This document shows, piece by piece, positions 1 through 9,448 of a DNA stretch of 64,000 nt. Below the pieces are notes generated by a model. It was not told the DNA's origin and did not search any database. It saw only the letters and a list, made by a program, of their open reading frames with translations. This stretch comes from a bacterium (GTDB taxonomy: Bacteria; SAR324; NAC60-12), in NCBI GenBank assembly GCA_965205865.1, contig CBDBHR010000030.1, positions 448,001 through 512,000 on the forward strand, read 5' to 3'. Position 1 is the first letter of the stretch; the number at the start of each line of letters is the position of its first letter. Made by a program: the position numbers and the translations under genes.

Positions 1-697
1 TCTCTTCCAAAACCCTGACTTGCTCGACAATCATTGAACGCCTTTTTTCGTGATTGGCAACCACATGCAGTGTTTCCATCAAAGTGGGATATTGTTCGGC
101 ATGAGGCAATAAAACAGGTTCCGCATGCAAAAAACGATGACCATGCAGGAGATTGTCGGCAGTTACCATTTCCAGGGAAACCGGTAGGAGTTGATCATTC
201 CACAAAGAAATCAACCAGCGCACGGGGCGGATATATTTCATTTTATATTGGCCCCAGCGCATACTGCGGGGAAAGGAGAGCTCGGTGATCCACCCTTTGA
301 CGTGCTCTTCTATCACCCGGGACGTTCGCTTGCCTCGAATTTCCTTACGGATGAATAAAAAATCCTTGCCTTTGAAATCTCTGATGAACAAGTCCTTGAC
401 ACCTGATTGATTTTTCTTCACAAACCCGGCAGCCGCTTTATTCCAGTTACCGTTTTCGTCCCTGGCAATACGCTCGGGAGGGCCTTTGATCTCCAAGAAC
501 CGGTCTTGCTGCTTGTCTGGCAGTCCTCTTACTAAAACGGCCAGGCGTCGTGGAGAAGAAAATATTTGCAGGGATTCGAATGTAATTTGGTTTTGTTGAC
601 AAGTCGTCCGAATTTTTTCCGCAAGTTGTTGTGCCGAAGGCACGATCACATCTGCAGGCATTTCTTCCAAACCGATTTCCAGTAAATAAGCATTCAT
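1..697 (-). CDS. glyS: Glycine--tRNA ligase beta subunit, 5' part (runs off window start)
   Basis: Not in ORF track. Hand translation from ATG at 697 (ATGA overlap with the glyQ stop) gives [15 protein letters not shown]...FSSPRRLAV, the GlyS N-terminal motifs; directly downstream of glyQ. Confidence 0.93.
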   Translation of the reverse strand, partial: MNAYLLEIGLEEMPADVIVPSAQQLAEKIRTTCQQNQITFESLQIFSSPRRLAVLVRGLPDKQQDRFLEIKGPPERIARDENGNWNKAAAGFVKKNQSGVKDLFIRDFKGKDFLFIRKEIRGKRTSRVIEEHVKGWITELSFPRSMRWGQYKMKYIRPVRWLISLWNDQLLPVSLEMVTADNLLHGHRFLHAEPVLLPHAEQYPTLMETLHVVANHEKRRSMIVEQVRVLEE

Positions 698-1629
698 TGT
701 GATTTTTCCATTTCCTTGATCCGGATTTCGGCTGATTGACGATCCTGCAATAAGGGGAACTCCAGTTTCCGACGTTCCTCCAGGAATAAGACGGCAATCT
801 GATGGGACAGCTTTCGCACGCGGTCGATATAGGTGGCACGTTCCGAAACGCTGATCGCCCCTGCCGCATCCAATTGATTGAAGGTATGGGAGCATTTCAG
901 TACGTAGTCGTATGCGGGGAAAACGAGTTTCTGCTCCATGCACCTCCATGCTTCCGATTCATACTGCTTGAACAGCCTGAAGAGGAAATCCCCTTCAAGG
1001 ACTTCAAAGGTATATTTGGAATGTTCAAATTCAGGCTGCCTGAAAACAGCGTTATAAGAAATCCCTTCGGTAAGCTCCAGGTCAAAGACATTTTCTTTCT
1101 CCTGCAGACAGGAAGCCAGACGTTCCAATCCATAAGTCAATTCCACGGAAATCGGATTGCATTCCAATCCACCAATTTGCTGAAAATAAGTGTATTGGGT
1201 CACTTCCATGCCATCCAGCCAAACTTCCCATCCCAACCCCCAGGCGCCCAAGGTGGGAGATTCCCAATTGTCCTCGACAAAACGGATGTCATGTTCCAGG
1301 GGATTCAAATCCAGCTCCCGCAAAGAATCCAAATAGATGTCTTGAACGTCGTCCGGCATTGGTTTCAGAATGACCTGGTACTGGTGGTGCTGATAGAGAC
1401 GATTGGGGTTGCCTCCATAGCGCCCATCCGCAGGGCGACGGGAGGGTTCCACATAAGCGACGTTCCAGTTTTCCGGACCAATCGTCCGCAGAAAGGTTGC
1501 CGGATTCATCGTTCCGGCTCCTTTTTCGATATCATAGGGGTTCATCAATAAACAGCCATGCTTTGCCCAAAACTGATGCAAAGTCATAATGATGTCCTGC
1601 AAGCTACGCGACTTTTTTGTGTGGGTCAT
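694..1629 (-). CDS. glyQ: Glycine--tRNA ligase alpha subunit
   Basis: [66 protein letters not shown] motifs. Confidence 0.98.
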   Translation of the reverse strand: MTHTKKSRSLQDIIMTLHQFWAKHGCLLMNPYDIEKGAGTMNPATFLRTIGPENWNVAYVEPSRRPADGRYGGNPNRLYQHHQYQVILKPMPDDVQDIYLDSLRELDLNPLEHDIRFVEDNWESPTLGAWGLGWEVWLDGMEVTQYTYFQQIGGLECNPISVELTYGLERLASCLQEKENVFDLELTEGISYNAVFRQPEFEHSKYTFEVLEGDFLFRLFKQYESEAWRCMEQKLVFPAYDYVLKCSHTFNQLDAAGAISVSERATYIDRVRKLSHQIAVLFLEERRKLEFPLLQDRQSAEIRIKEMEKSQ

Positions 1630-1895
1630 GGCAGAGTTGGAATGAAATGAGTTATATGTGGAAGACAGAAAGTAATCTGGCAGATTCTGGTTTTATAACC
1701 TTTCATAAGGAAATGGACAAATGATTTTTAAATCGTTCTTGATTTGCATAAAATCGCTCAGGCGCTGAACCTCAATGGATTTTCTCTAATACCTCAGACC
1801 ATTCCCGATCGCTCGAGTCGCATGCATACATCTCTCTCCTTTTGAAAAAAGTGGAAATTCAGCAGACAAGCAATTTCTTGACAAAACAACTTCTT

Positions 1896-2127
1896 AACTG
1901 ATGTTACCGTGAAGAAAACTATCTAACTTACTGAAACTATATGGTTTGTTATTTTTATTCATCCTCCGGGGTGAAAATAATTTTCATGAAGGTTACGTGA
2001 ACGATTTTTACAGTTATGCGTCTCATCGAGTTGTCATTCCTAGCGAAGACCAGGAATCCACCGGGCTGACGATCCAGGGTAACTAAAACGTTTCATATAA
2101 ATCTTTCCATTGATGATTATTTTTCTC
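1896..2127. repeat. Dispersed copy of the GIY-YIG-associated element ends (100-bp end module + GTCAT palindrome + last ~45 bp of the GIY-YIG gene)
   Basis: 1896-1997 is near-identical to the reverse complement of 20979-21083; 2005-2127 matches 20432-20533, including GTCATTCCTaGCGAAGACCAGGAATCCA at 2033-2060. Confidence 0.9.
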
Positions 2128-3034
2128 GCTGATCGCAGGGGGCTCTCTTCCTCAGGTGAAGAGACCAGGTTATGGGTGCGAGGGGAGGAACGTCGGTTCG
2201 TCCCTTGAGATACTTCCGATCATGATCGGTGGGTGATTCGTTACGGACAACTTCCCACACGCCACCGGGATTCAGCACAGCACCAACCAAGGCCGGGTCA
2301 AAACGCGAGATCATGGGTTCGCCCCGCTTTTCTACGAACGACATCATATCGTTGAAAAGCGACCGGTCTTCCGGTGGAACGCACTCGGTTGCGATCAGAT
2401 AGTCGAATACAACCTCCGAGCCGGGAGCCCCGATCTCGGCCAGCCGATCCAGGTTGCCCAGGATGGCAGCTTGGGTGAGGTAATAGGTCACCCCCATCCA
2501 GTTAAAGAACGATCGCCGGGAGGTGTCGAGCCCGGCCGCAACCAGCTTCGCTTTGAGATCGTCCTTCTCGAAGTCGAAGGGGATGAAAGACAGGTGTTCG
2601 GGAACCTTCAGGTTCACGTTCGCAAGACGTTCTCTCTTAAGATCGCTCGTCGTTGCCAGATCGACCTCGAATACTGTCAGGTCAAGGTTAGGGCGGCGGA
2701 ATGCGAACGTATCGAATCCTGCTCCAAGAATCACGTATTGGTTCACGCCATTACAGACCGCCTCTTCCAGACAGTCTTCGGCGAAGCGAGCTCGAGTCAG
2801 ATGCTGGGTGGTCACAGGCATGAGCCTTTTCAGAAGGACTTTGGAAAACAGCGTGTCGAGCACCCTCGACCCGATGATCCGGCGCCACCGATTCCCGATG
2901 AAATAGATGGCGTAGGGGTCGTTAAAGACGGGGGGCTTGTCGTGCTTGAGAAGGTGTCGGGCACGGCTTACCGCCACGATTTCAGCTGTTCGGCTTCCGC
3001 GGATACGAGCACGATTGACCGGTGCTTGTGTCAT
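2117..3034 (-). CDS. Class I SAM-dependent methyltransferase (leucine carboxyl methyltransferase/TIGR00027-like)
   Basis: SRTA..VA..RA, F.DPYA, QYVILGAGFDT.AFR, VFEVD, GVTYYL motifs. Confidence 0.9.
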   Translation of the reverse strand: MTQAPVNRARIRGSRTAEIVAVSRARHLLKHDKPPVFNDPYAIYFIGNRWRRIIGSRVLDTLFSKVLLKRLMPVTTQHLTRARFAEDCLEEAVCNGVNQYVILGAGFDTFAFRRPNLDLTVFEVDLATTSDLKRERLANVNLKVPEHLSFIPFDFEKDDLKAKLVAAGLDTSRRSFFNWMGVTYYLTQAAILGNLDRLAEIGAPGSEVVFDYLIATECVPPEDRSLFNDMMSFVEKRGEPMISRFDPALVGAVLNPGGVWEVVRNESPTDHDRKYLKGRTDVPPLAPITWSLHLRKRAPCDQREK

Positions 3035-3317
3035 AGATCCTCCTTCTCTTCGTCTCGATTCACGCCGACCCCCACGTGCGGGGAATAGTAAAGATAGTTA
3101 CAATGGAAAACAAACAGTCTCCGAGGGTTGTGATAGTATTGAAGTTTGTCAAAATTCAAACTACCCTTTTAGAGGAGATAGTCACGAAAAAGGTTAACAT
3201 TGAATCTTAATCAGGGCAAATATTTTTTTTGGAATCGATGCGCATAAGAAAGCCTTTCACATAACCCTTCGGACTTTTTGATTGCGAGTTGGCAGTTAAT
3301 CGATACAGGGCCAATTG

Positions 3318-3372
3318 ATCAGAATCGGGAATCGGGGAAATCGGGGTCAGAATCGGGGTCAGGCTTGCAAGT
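3318..3372 (+). repeat. Reiterated AATCGGGGTCAG...GGGGTCAGGCTTGCA end motif next to a RAYT remnant
   Basis: Stuttered gaatcggg/aatcggggtcag units ending GGGGTCAGGCTTGCA; related stuttered copy at 20351-20400. Confidence 0.7.
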
Positions 3373-3422
3373 TTGCAAAAATGGGGTATTTTTTTAAATT
3401 TTAACCTTTTCAATTTGCCAAG

Positions 3423-3620
3423 ATGTCTCTGAAACTGCGTTTGTAGTACTCTGGTACGCTTTATTATGTGATACTTCGAGGCAATGGGGGCAACGTATTT
3501 TTTCGATGACAGCAACTCTCGACGCTTTTATCAGTCTTCAATTGGAAATCCGCAACAATCCGGGAAGTGGCAAATGCTCTCAAGCGAGATGATGCTACTT
3601 TCAGTCAGAGCGCGCGATTC
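3423..3620 (+). pseudogene. REP-associated tyrosine transposase (RAYT/Y1) remnant: N-terminus joined to C-terminal HTH
   Basis: Hand translation MSLKLRL*YSGTLYYVILRGNGG-(frameshift)-QRIFFDD resembles the RAYT start M.RKPRI.YPGALYHVILRGN; then KSATIREVANALKRDDATFSQSAR resembles the RAYT C-terminal HTH. Confidence 0.72.
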
Positions 3621-3625
3621 GAGAT

Positions 3626-4015
3626 TTGTTGAGAAAAAGGAGTCAGTTGGTACGTTTCAAAACAACCAATATTCTCAGTGCTCAAAATATTCTCTCCCGT
3701 CAAAGCGGCCAAATCTTGAAGGCCAATGAAATCATGAAAATAGTTCCCGGTGATCTTCCTTATATGCTAAAAAATGAGGACACGATTATGGCCTTGGAGA
3801 GCAATCTCATGATGATCCATATTCTGAAGGAACGAATAAAACAGGTGGAAAAGCGGATTCGTCAACGGATCCAATTAAAACCAGAGTATAAAAAATTGTT
3901 AACCGTCTCAGGGACCGGAACAATCCTCGCCTTAACCGTCATGTTAGAAACAGGAGAGATTAGTCGATTTCCCGGCGTGAGCGATTTTGTTTCTTATTGT
4001 CGAAATGCTCCCAGT
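3626..4015 (+). pseudogene. IS110 family transposase, internal fragment
   Basis: LRKRSQLVR...LLTVSGTGTILALTVMLETGEISRFPGVSDFVSYCR is the Transposase_20 motif; both ends missing. Confidence 0.85.
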
Positions 4016-4022
4016 AAAAAAC

Positions 4023-4813
4023 GGGTGTGTCCCACTTAATCTACGTGGGATGAGCCCTTGGAGGGGGCAATTGATGTACAGTCCGGCCGAGATACTTCAC
4101 GGCCTGATAGATCCACAGACAATTGTCCCGACCCTTCTCGGAGCGAAAGCCGTCGTGTTCGATTTCCAGTCGTCGCAGGACTCGCATGCCGCTTTCGGCC
4201 AGAGAATTGCGCCGGAGCCCGTCCTTTCGCAAGTACTCGGTCATCCATTCGAAATGGGACTCCAAGAACCGGAGGACTTTCTCAAAGGGCTTCGAATGGC
4301 GTTGATCCCGCGGCATCTGTTTCAAGGTGTGCAGCGCCGCGCGGACTTGCTCTTCGTACTGACTGTCTTCGAAGATGTTCCGGACACCACCCAAGAAGGC
4401 GCGCAAGCGACCGATCTGCTCATCGGCCTCGACGATCTCGATCAAGCGCTGCTTTTCTTCGGGACTCATTCGCTTTTCGGCCTTGAACAGCAGGTAGCGG
4501 TTCTCCCACAGGCTCTGAGCCAAGGTATGGAGCCGAGTCTTGCTGCTCAGCCCCAAGCGCTGATGGACATTTTGACCACGGGTATCGATTGTGATCACCA
4601 GAACCCCGTTTTCATAAGCCCCAGTGAGGGCACAGTCGGGATTGGATTCAATGACTTCGATGCTAATCGGGACGGTGACAAATAGTGCCATCTCTGCCTC
4701 TTTTTTCGGGTGGGTTTGCAGTCACCCTAATAGGAGATAAGCAGGAAAGTCAGTTTGTCAAGTCCTTTCAATCAGTTAGGCCAGATTCGAGATAGATTCA
4801 GTGGGACACACCC
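4023..4813 (-). mobile_element. Deleted insertion element bounded by 21-bp inverted repeats, carrying an ISL3-like transposase fragment (ORF 4041-4691)
   Basis: GGGTGTGTCCCACTTAATCTA (4023-4043) vs TAGATTCAGTGGGACACACCC (4793-4813), one mismatch. The ORF has LWENRYLLFK and RNSLAESGMRVLRRLE..HDGFRS, like a transposase C-terminus, and is too short to be intact. Confidence 0.7.
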
Positions 4814-6102
4814 TGTTTTTCCAAGAAACGGTATGCGTATCGATGATTGTCACAACCGGGTTCATCTATGCGTTGAATGCTAATGCCATCGAGCATCAAA
4901 GTTTGAAATCCCGGAACAATAATATTATTCAAAATGTTCAATTGGGCCCACGTCCTTACTATTTGATTGAAGACATGGACGAAAGTACATTGAAGCGCGA
5001 ATTGCAACAATGCGCGGATGGTCCATTTTATAAAACGGATTTTTCCATCGGACACCGGGGAGCTCCCTTGCAATTTCCGGAGCATACCAAGGAATCCTAT
5101 GAGGCGGCCGCTCGAATGGGAGCGGGAATTCTCGAGTGTGACGTGACTTTTACGAAGGACCGCCAGTTGGTTTGTCGTCATTCCCAATGTGATCTCCATA
5201 CCACCACCAATATACTGGCGAAACCGGAATTGGCGGTAAAATGTACGGAAGGCTTTGCACCTGCGGAGTTTGACCCTGAAACAGGAGAACTCGTCAAGAA
5301 GGCAACTGCAAAATGCTGTACCAGTGACATCACTCTGGTCGAATTCAAATCTTTGAACGGCAAGATGGATGCGGCAACTCTTGAAGCCCGGAACCCGGAA
5401 GAATACATGGGCGGCACCGCAAATTGGCGTACGGATTTATATACCTCCAACGGGACTTTGTTGACGCATGCGGAAAGTATCGAATTGTTTGAAAAATTGG
5501 ATGTGAAAATGACTCCTGAACTCAAAGCTCCCAGTGTGACGATGCCGTATGAAGGTGACTACACTCAGGAAAAATATGCGCAGCAACTGATTGATGAATA
5601 TAAAAAGGTTGGAATATCGCCTGGAGACGTATTTGCGCAGTCCTTCAATTTGAATGACGTGCTGTACTGGTTAGAGAAGGAACCTCGATTCGGGAAGCAG
5701 GGAGTCTATCTGGATGGTCGTTACAGTGTTGAAGGTTTCGATCACGACAATCCCTCTACCTGGTCTCCCAACATGGAAGAATTGTTTACCAGGGGAGTAC
5801 GCATCGTCGCTCCCCCCATGTGGATGTTGGTGAAAGTCGACGAGCAAGGTCATATTGTTCCCTCCGAATATGCAAAATATGCGAAAGCTGCCGGTTTGGA
5901 AATCATCACGTGGACGATTGAGCGGTCCGGTCCGTTGAAGACAGGAGGCGATTGGTATTTTCAATCCGTCAAAGAAGTCATCGACAATGACGGTGATATG
6001 TTGGAAGTATTGCATGTTCTGGCCAAAGATGTTGGCATCCTGGGTATTTTCTCTGACTGGCCGGCAACCGTCACATACTATGCAAATTGTAAAAATTTAT
6101 AA
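4801..6102 (+). CDS. Glycerophosphodiester phosphodiesterase (GDPD), probably exported; start uncertain (ATG 4843 or N-terminus clipped by the adjacent element)
   Basis: [44 protein letters not shown] motifs; the first codons of the ORF lie inside the inverted repeat. Confidence 0.92.
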   Translation: MGHTLFFQETVCVSMIVTTGFIYALNANAIEHQSLKSRNNNIIQNVQLGPRPYYLIEDMDESTLKRELQQCADGPFYKTDFSIGHRGAPLQFPEHTKESYEAAARMGAGILECDVTFTKDRQLVCRHSQCDLHTTTNILAKPELAVKCTEGFAPAEFDPETGELVKKATAKCCTSDITLVEFKSLNGKMDAATLEARNPEEYMGGTANWRTDLYTSNGTLLTHAESIELFEKLDVKMTPELKAPSVTMPYEGDYTQEKYAQQLIDEYKKVGISPGDVFAQSFNLNDVLYWLEKEPRFGKQGVYLDGRYSVEGFDHDNPSTWSPNMEELFTRGVRIVAPPMWMLVKVDEQGHIVPSEYAKYAKAAGLEIITWTIERSGPLKTGGDWYFQSVKEVIDNDGDMLEVLHVLAKDVGILGIFSDWPATVTYYANCKNL

Positions 6103-6354
6103 TTCGCTCAGCTCTCCCGAAATCGTCTGTTTCAGAGCAAAAACAAATACGCGCGAAAAGTTTCTTTTGTTTGAATATTGCTTTAATCCGGTACTCGAGG
6201 AGACTTGCTCATCGACGATGCAAGGATTCTCTTTCCTGTCAAGCACTAGTTGGTATTCTCCAAAATCCTTTCAATGCCCCGTTATTCGTATCGTGATAAG
6301 GATTCAATTCAATAACCAATGGTATATTTCTACTTGATTTGGGATATAATGTTA

Positions 6355-6513
6355 TTATGAGGACATTCCTGTCACAGCCACCCACGCCTTGCCATGATCT
6401 TGACGAGGCTTTAAGGTTATTTCCACATCCGTATCGAGCTTACGGAGATAAGACACCAAGCGTTCAAGTGTGAAACGGTCGAATTGCTGTCTGTAAATTT
6501 TAGACATTTCGAC
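6355..6513 (-). pseudogene. C-terminal fragment of an XRE/HTH_37 antitoxin-like regulator
   Basis: Hand translation VEMSKIYRQQFDRFTLERLVSYLRKLDTDVEITLKP...* resembles the HigA-like 'F+.FS+ERL+.+L..LG.DVEI' motif; N-terminus absent. Confidence 0.6.
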
Positions 6514-6726
6514 AGTTATTATAACGATTCTCTCTTTCTCTTTTCAGGAAAAGTATTGGCCCCTGTTCTCAAGTCACTAGGCCAATGAGATATCCAGCTT
6601 TTGTCGATTCAACAGGTGTAAGATGACGCGTTTTGTCAGGTTGCATGACTTACGAGAACCGCCTCCTTTCGTTCAGGTACTTTTGTCCCTGTTGCGGTGT
6701 CGTGTACAACGCGAAGCTTCACGAGG

Positions 6727-7173
6727 TTATTCATATAATCCTCTTTGCTTCAATTCCGTCATAAACTGATATGCAGTGACGATGGAGATGCCATATTGTT
6801 CTTTAAGGTCTGACTTATGATGCTCGTCAAGATCGAGCAAATCGTTGTCCTGTGTCACAATGTATTCCGCACGGCCGCTAATCGCAGTGGCGACAATTTT
6901 ATTGTCATCAAAATCACGAACCATATCGACATCAACGATGATTGGTGTATTGACCAATATTGGCAGATCAGCGAGCAAGCATTCAGAACGAGAAATTTTG
7001 ATAAATTTTTGTAGCCGTGGCTTCTTCAGCGTTTTCTCAAATTCTTCGACGATCTCTGCCGACAAAATCAGATCAACCGCACCTGAAAAAACCATCTCCA
7101 TTATATCTTTTGGTGTCCGGCTTGAAGACAGAACATAAGAAACGAGAATATTTGTATCGAGTACAATTTTCAT
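6727..7173 (-). CDS. PIN-domain toxin (TIGR00305/PIN_3 type)
   Basis: MKIVLDTNILVS...RDFDDNKIVATA.SGRAEYIVTQDNDLL; overlaps the antitoxin stop. Confidence 0.92.
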   Translation of the reverse strand: MKIVLDTNILVSYVLSSSRTPKDIMEMVFSGAVDLILSAEIVEEFEKTLKKPRLQKFIKISRSECLLADLPILVNTPIIVDVDMVRDFDDNKIVATAISGRAEYIVTQDNDLLDLDEHHKSDLKEQYGISIVTAYQFMTELKQRGLYE

Positions 7174-7442
7174 CCGTCTTGCCGGATTTCTTTAATTGCT
7201 TGCAAAATCTCGTCTTCGATAACTTCTTCCGGGACGCCATGGTTGAGGACCGCATTTTCTTCTGCAGCTTGCTTAAAACGCTGCATCGCTTGTCGCCGTG
7301 CTTCTAAGAATTGTATGGGAACCAGTACTGCCATTGGCTTCCCGCGCCGTTCGATTGTAACAGTATCCCCTTGATAGCAGACCTCACTCAGCAACTCACC
7401 AAAGCGGTCACGGGCCTTCATCGAACTAATTGTTTTATTCAT
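7170..7442 (-). CDS. Phd/YefM family antitoxin
   Basis: ISSMKARDRFGELLSEV...VTIERRGKPMAVLVP; upstream of the PIN toxin. Confidence 0.92.
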   Translation of the reverse strand: MNKTISSMKARDRFGELLSEVCYQGDTVTIERRGKPMAVLVPIQFLEARRQAMQRFKQAAEENAVLNHGVPEEVIEDEILQAIKEIRQDG

Positions 7443-7584
7443 TTTTATACCATAGGTTTAAATTATCTAAATCGCGTGATTCGCGTGTTAAGTGTAATTC
7501 GTGTGGTTGGTGGTGTCAAGAAGCATTTCAGAATTACCTTTAATTCTTCATATTCAGAAGTTACCTCTGGCTATAAAGGTCAGG

Positions 7585-7680
7585 TTTTAACGGGGAGATG
7601 AGGCGGCGTGCAACGAGCAAGCATCCATGACGAAGGTGCGGTCTAGGACGAAGTCATGCGGGTCCCGCTCCGCTGCATCT
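7585..7680 (-). other. Truncated attC-like integron recombination site
   Basis: Minus strand AGATGCAGCGG...CCGCCTCATCT-cccc-GTTAAAA: imperfect L''/L' pair and GTT core; the R'' box is replaced by the RAYT fragment junction. Confidence 0.45.
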
Positions 7681-7880
7681 GGCCATCCAAACCGGCAGTC
7701 AGCCACTTTCGCCGATTATGTAAAATGTATCATTTCGTTACACCCGTTGGGTCAACAAACGGCAAAAACGAGTCGGACACTTATTCCAAGGGCGTTACAA
7801 AGCTCTGTTAGTGGATCAAGACAGCCAGTTGTTTGCCTTAATACGTTACATCCACCTCAATCCGGCCCGAGCGGGAATCG
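7676..7880 (+). pseudogene. RAYT (Y1 tyrosine transposase) central fragment with a nonsense codon
   Basis: HLAIQTGSQPLSPIM*NVSFRYTRWVNKRQKRVGHLFQGRYKALLVDQDSQLFALIRYIHLNPARAG contains the GHLFQGRY and YIHLNP RAYT motifs. Confidence 0.88.
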
Positions 7881-7886
7881 GAAAGT

Positions 7887-8465
7887 CGCCAGGATACGGT
7901 CGCGGACTACGCGGGGCGCATCCTCGCTATCCTCGGCCTGGCCACCCCCAACTTCTGGCTGGGCATTATGGTAATGATCTACCCGGCCATCTGGTGGGGC
8001 TGGTCGCCCCCGATGGAGCTGGTGCCTTTTGCCGAAGACCCGTGGGGCCACCTGGGGATCCTGGTCATTCCCAGCCTGATTCTGGGAACGGCCCTTTCGG
8101 CCGGCACCATGCGCATGACGCGCACCATGATGTTGGAGGTACTGCGGCAGGACTATATCCGCACTGCCTGGGCCAAGGGGCTCAAGGAACAAACGGTCGT
8201 GCTGAGACACGCCATCAAAAATGCCCTCATCCCGGTCGTCACCCTGGTCGGCTTGCAGTTGCCGCTCGTGGTCGGGGGCGCCGTCATCATGGAGAACCTC
8301 TTTAACCTGCCAGGCTTGGGCCGTCTCCTGGTGGATGCCCTCTCGGACCGGGATTACCCGGTGGTCTCCGGGGTCAACCTGTTTTTCTCCTGCATCGTTT
8401 TGTTGAACAACCTCTTCATCGACCTCATTTATGCCTATTTGGACCCCAGGATCCGGTATCAATAA
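7887..8465 (+). pseudogene. Peptide/nickel ABC permease (DppB-like), C-terminal half only
   Basis: RQDYIRTAWAKGL EAA loop, DPRIRY end; close paralog of 38953-39954; N-terminus replaced by the RAYT fragment. Confidence 0.85.
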
Positions 8466-8707
8466 GGGGATTAGACTGAAGGGGGAAGGCTGTTAGGGCA
8501 TCAGTCTAAACTTCAGTCCTCCTCTCCTGCATTCCTGATCGCCTCTTGCATGGATGCATTAAGAAAAACTTCATGCTCCGCACCATGTACTCCCTGTTCA
8601 AGAAATTGATCGATGATACCCTATGGAAATCGTCTGATTTGACATCGCCTCGTATTTTGCGTAAAGGAAACACGTTGCCATGAATGCATGGGACGTATGA
8701 AGATAAT

Positions 8708-8736
8708 TTGACATTGTTTATGTTACACCGTAAATT
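8708..8736 (+). promoter_or_regulatory. Sigma70-type promoter of the abiE operon
   Basis: TTGACA-17 bp-TAAATT upstream of abiEi; short inverted repeat TGTAA-N5-TTACA at 8755-8769. Confidence 0.5.
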
Positions 8737-8797
8737 TACTAAAAGATTAAAAAATGTAATGAAGTTACAAATTATAAAACCTATCTGCATATAATCG

Positions 8798-9448
8798 ATG
8801 CAACCTTTGACAGAAAAAATGCTAAGACTGGCTCCCCCAGGAGGATTTTTCGACATGGCAGTCATCAGTAATTTATTTCCCGAATTGTCGCCCACTGCAA
8901 GAAAGGCGATTGTTCATCGAGCTTTTAAAAAAAATGAGATCCTCAGGTTGAAGCCAGGCTTGTACTGTTTGGCAGAGGTTTTCAGGAAATCAGAAATCCA
9001 CCCTTTTTCCATGGCGGGGATTTTGGTTTCACCTTCCCACATCAGTCTTGAATCCGCACTATCATATCACGGTTTGATCCCTGAAGCCGTCTATCAGGTA
9101 ACCGCCGTTTGCAACGGCAGAAGCCGGCAGTTCACAACGCCATTCGGCGTCTTTGTTTATAAAACGGTACCTGCCACCTTCCCCAAAGCAGGTGTAAGGG
9201 ACGTAGAAGTATCCCCAAACTCCTGGGCTTTTATCGCACAACCGGCCAGGGCCATTGCCGATCTTATCTATCTGAGACGGGAAGTGCATTGGAATCAGAC
9301 TGACATCCGTTTTTTGACCGATTCGATGCGTATTGAAGAGGAAGATTTATTTCAATTGCCGGTATCGGAAATCGATGAAGTGATTCAAAGCTTACGCAAC
9401 AAACGGACATTAAATTTCATGGAATGCTTAAAAAAAGAGATTCAATGA
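8798..9448 (+). CDS. Type IV toxin-antitoxin antitoxin, AbiEi-like transcriptional regulator
   Basis: wHTH 'ILRLKPGLY', PSHISLESALSYHGLIPEAVY.VTAV, A.PARAIADLIY; upstream of AbiEii. Confidence 0.88.
   Translation: MQPLTEKMLRLAPPGGFFDMAVISNLFPELSPTARKAIVHRAFKKNEILRLKPGLYCLAEVFRKSEIHPFSMAGILVSPSHISLESALSYHGLIPEAVYQVTAVCNGRSRQFTTPFGVFVYKTVPATFPKAGVRDVEVSPNSWAFIAQPARAIADLIYLRREVHWNQTDIRFLTDSMRIEEEDLFQLPVSEIDEVIQSLRNKRTLNFMECLKKEIQ

Noticed and set aside
802-1551. Long antisense ORFs (here and e.g. 2471-3088, 39007-39699, 59136-59723)
   Set aside because: They overlap well-supported genes on the opposite strand and have no family motifs.
1630-1895. T-box leader upstream of the Firmicute-like glyQ
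   Set aside because: No GGTGGNACCGCG T-box motif or terminator/antiterminator found on the minus strand.
3075-3200. IS110 non-coding end/bridge RNA
   Set aside because: Could be an IS110 left end, but it is separated from the transposase fragment and I cannot support a structure by eye.
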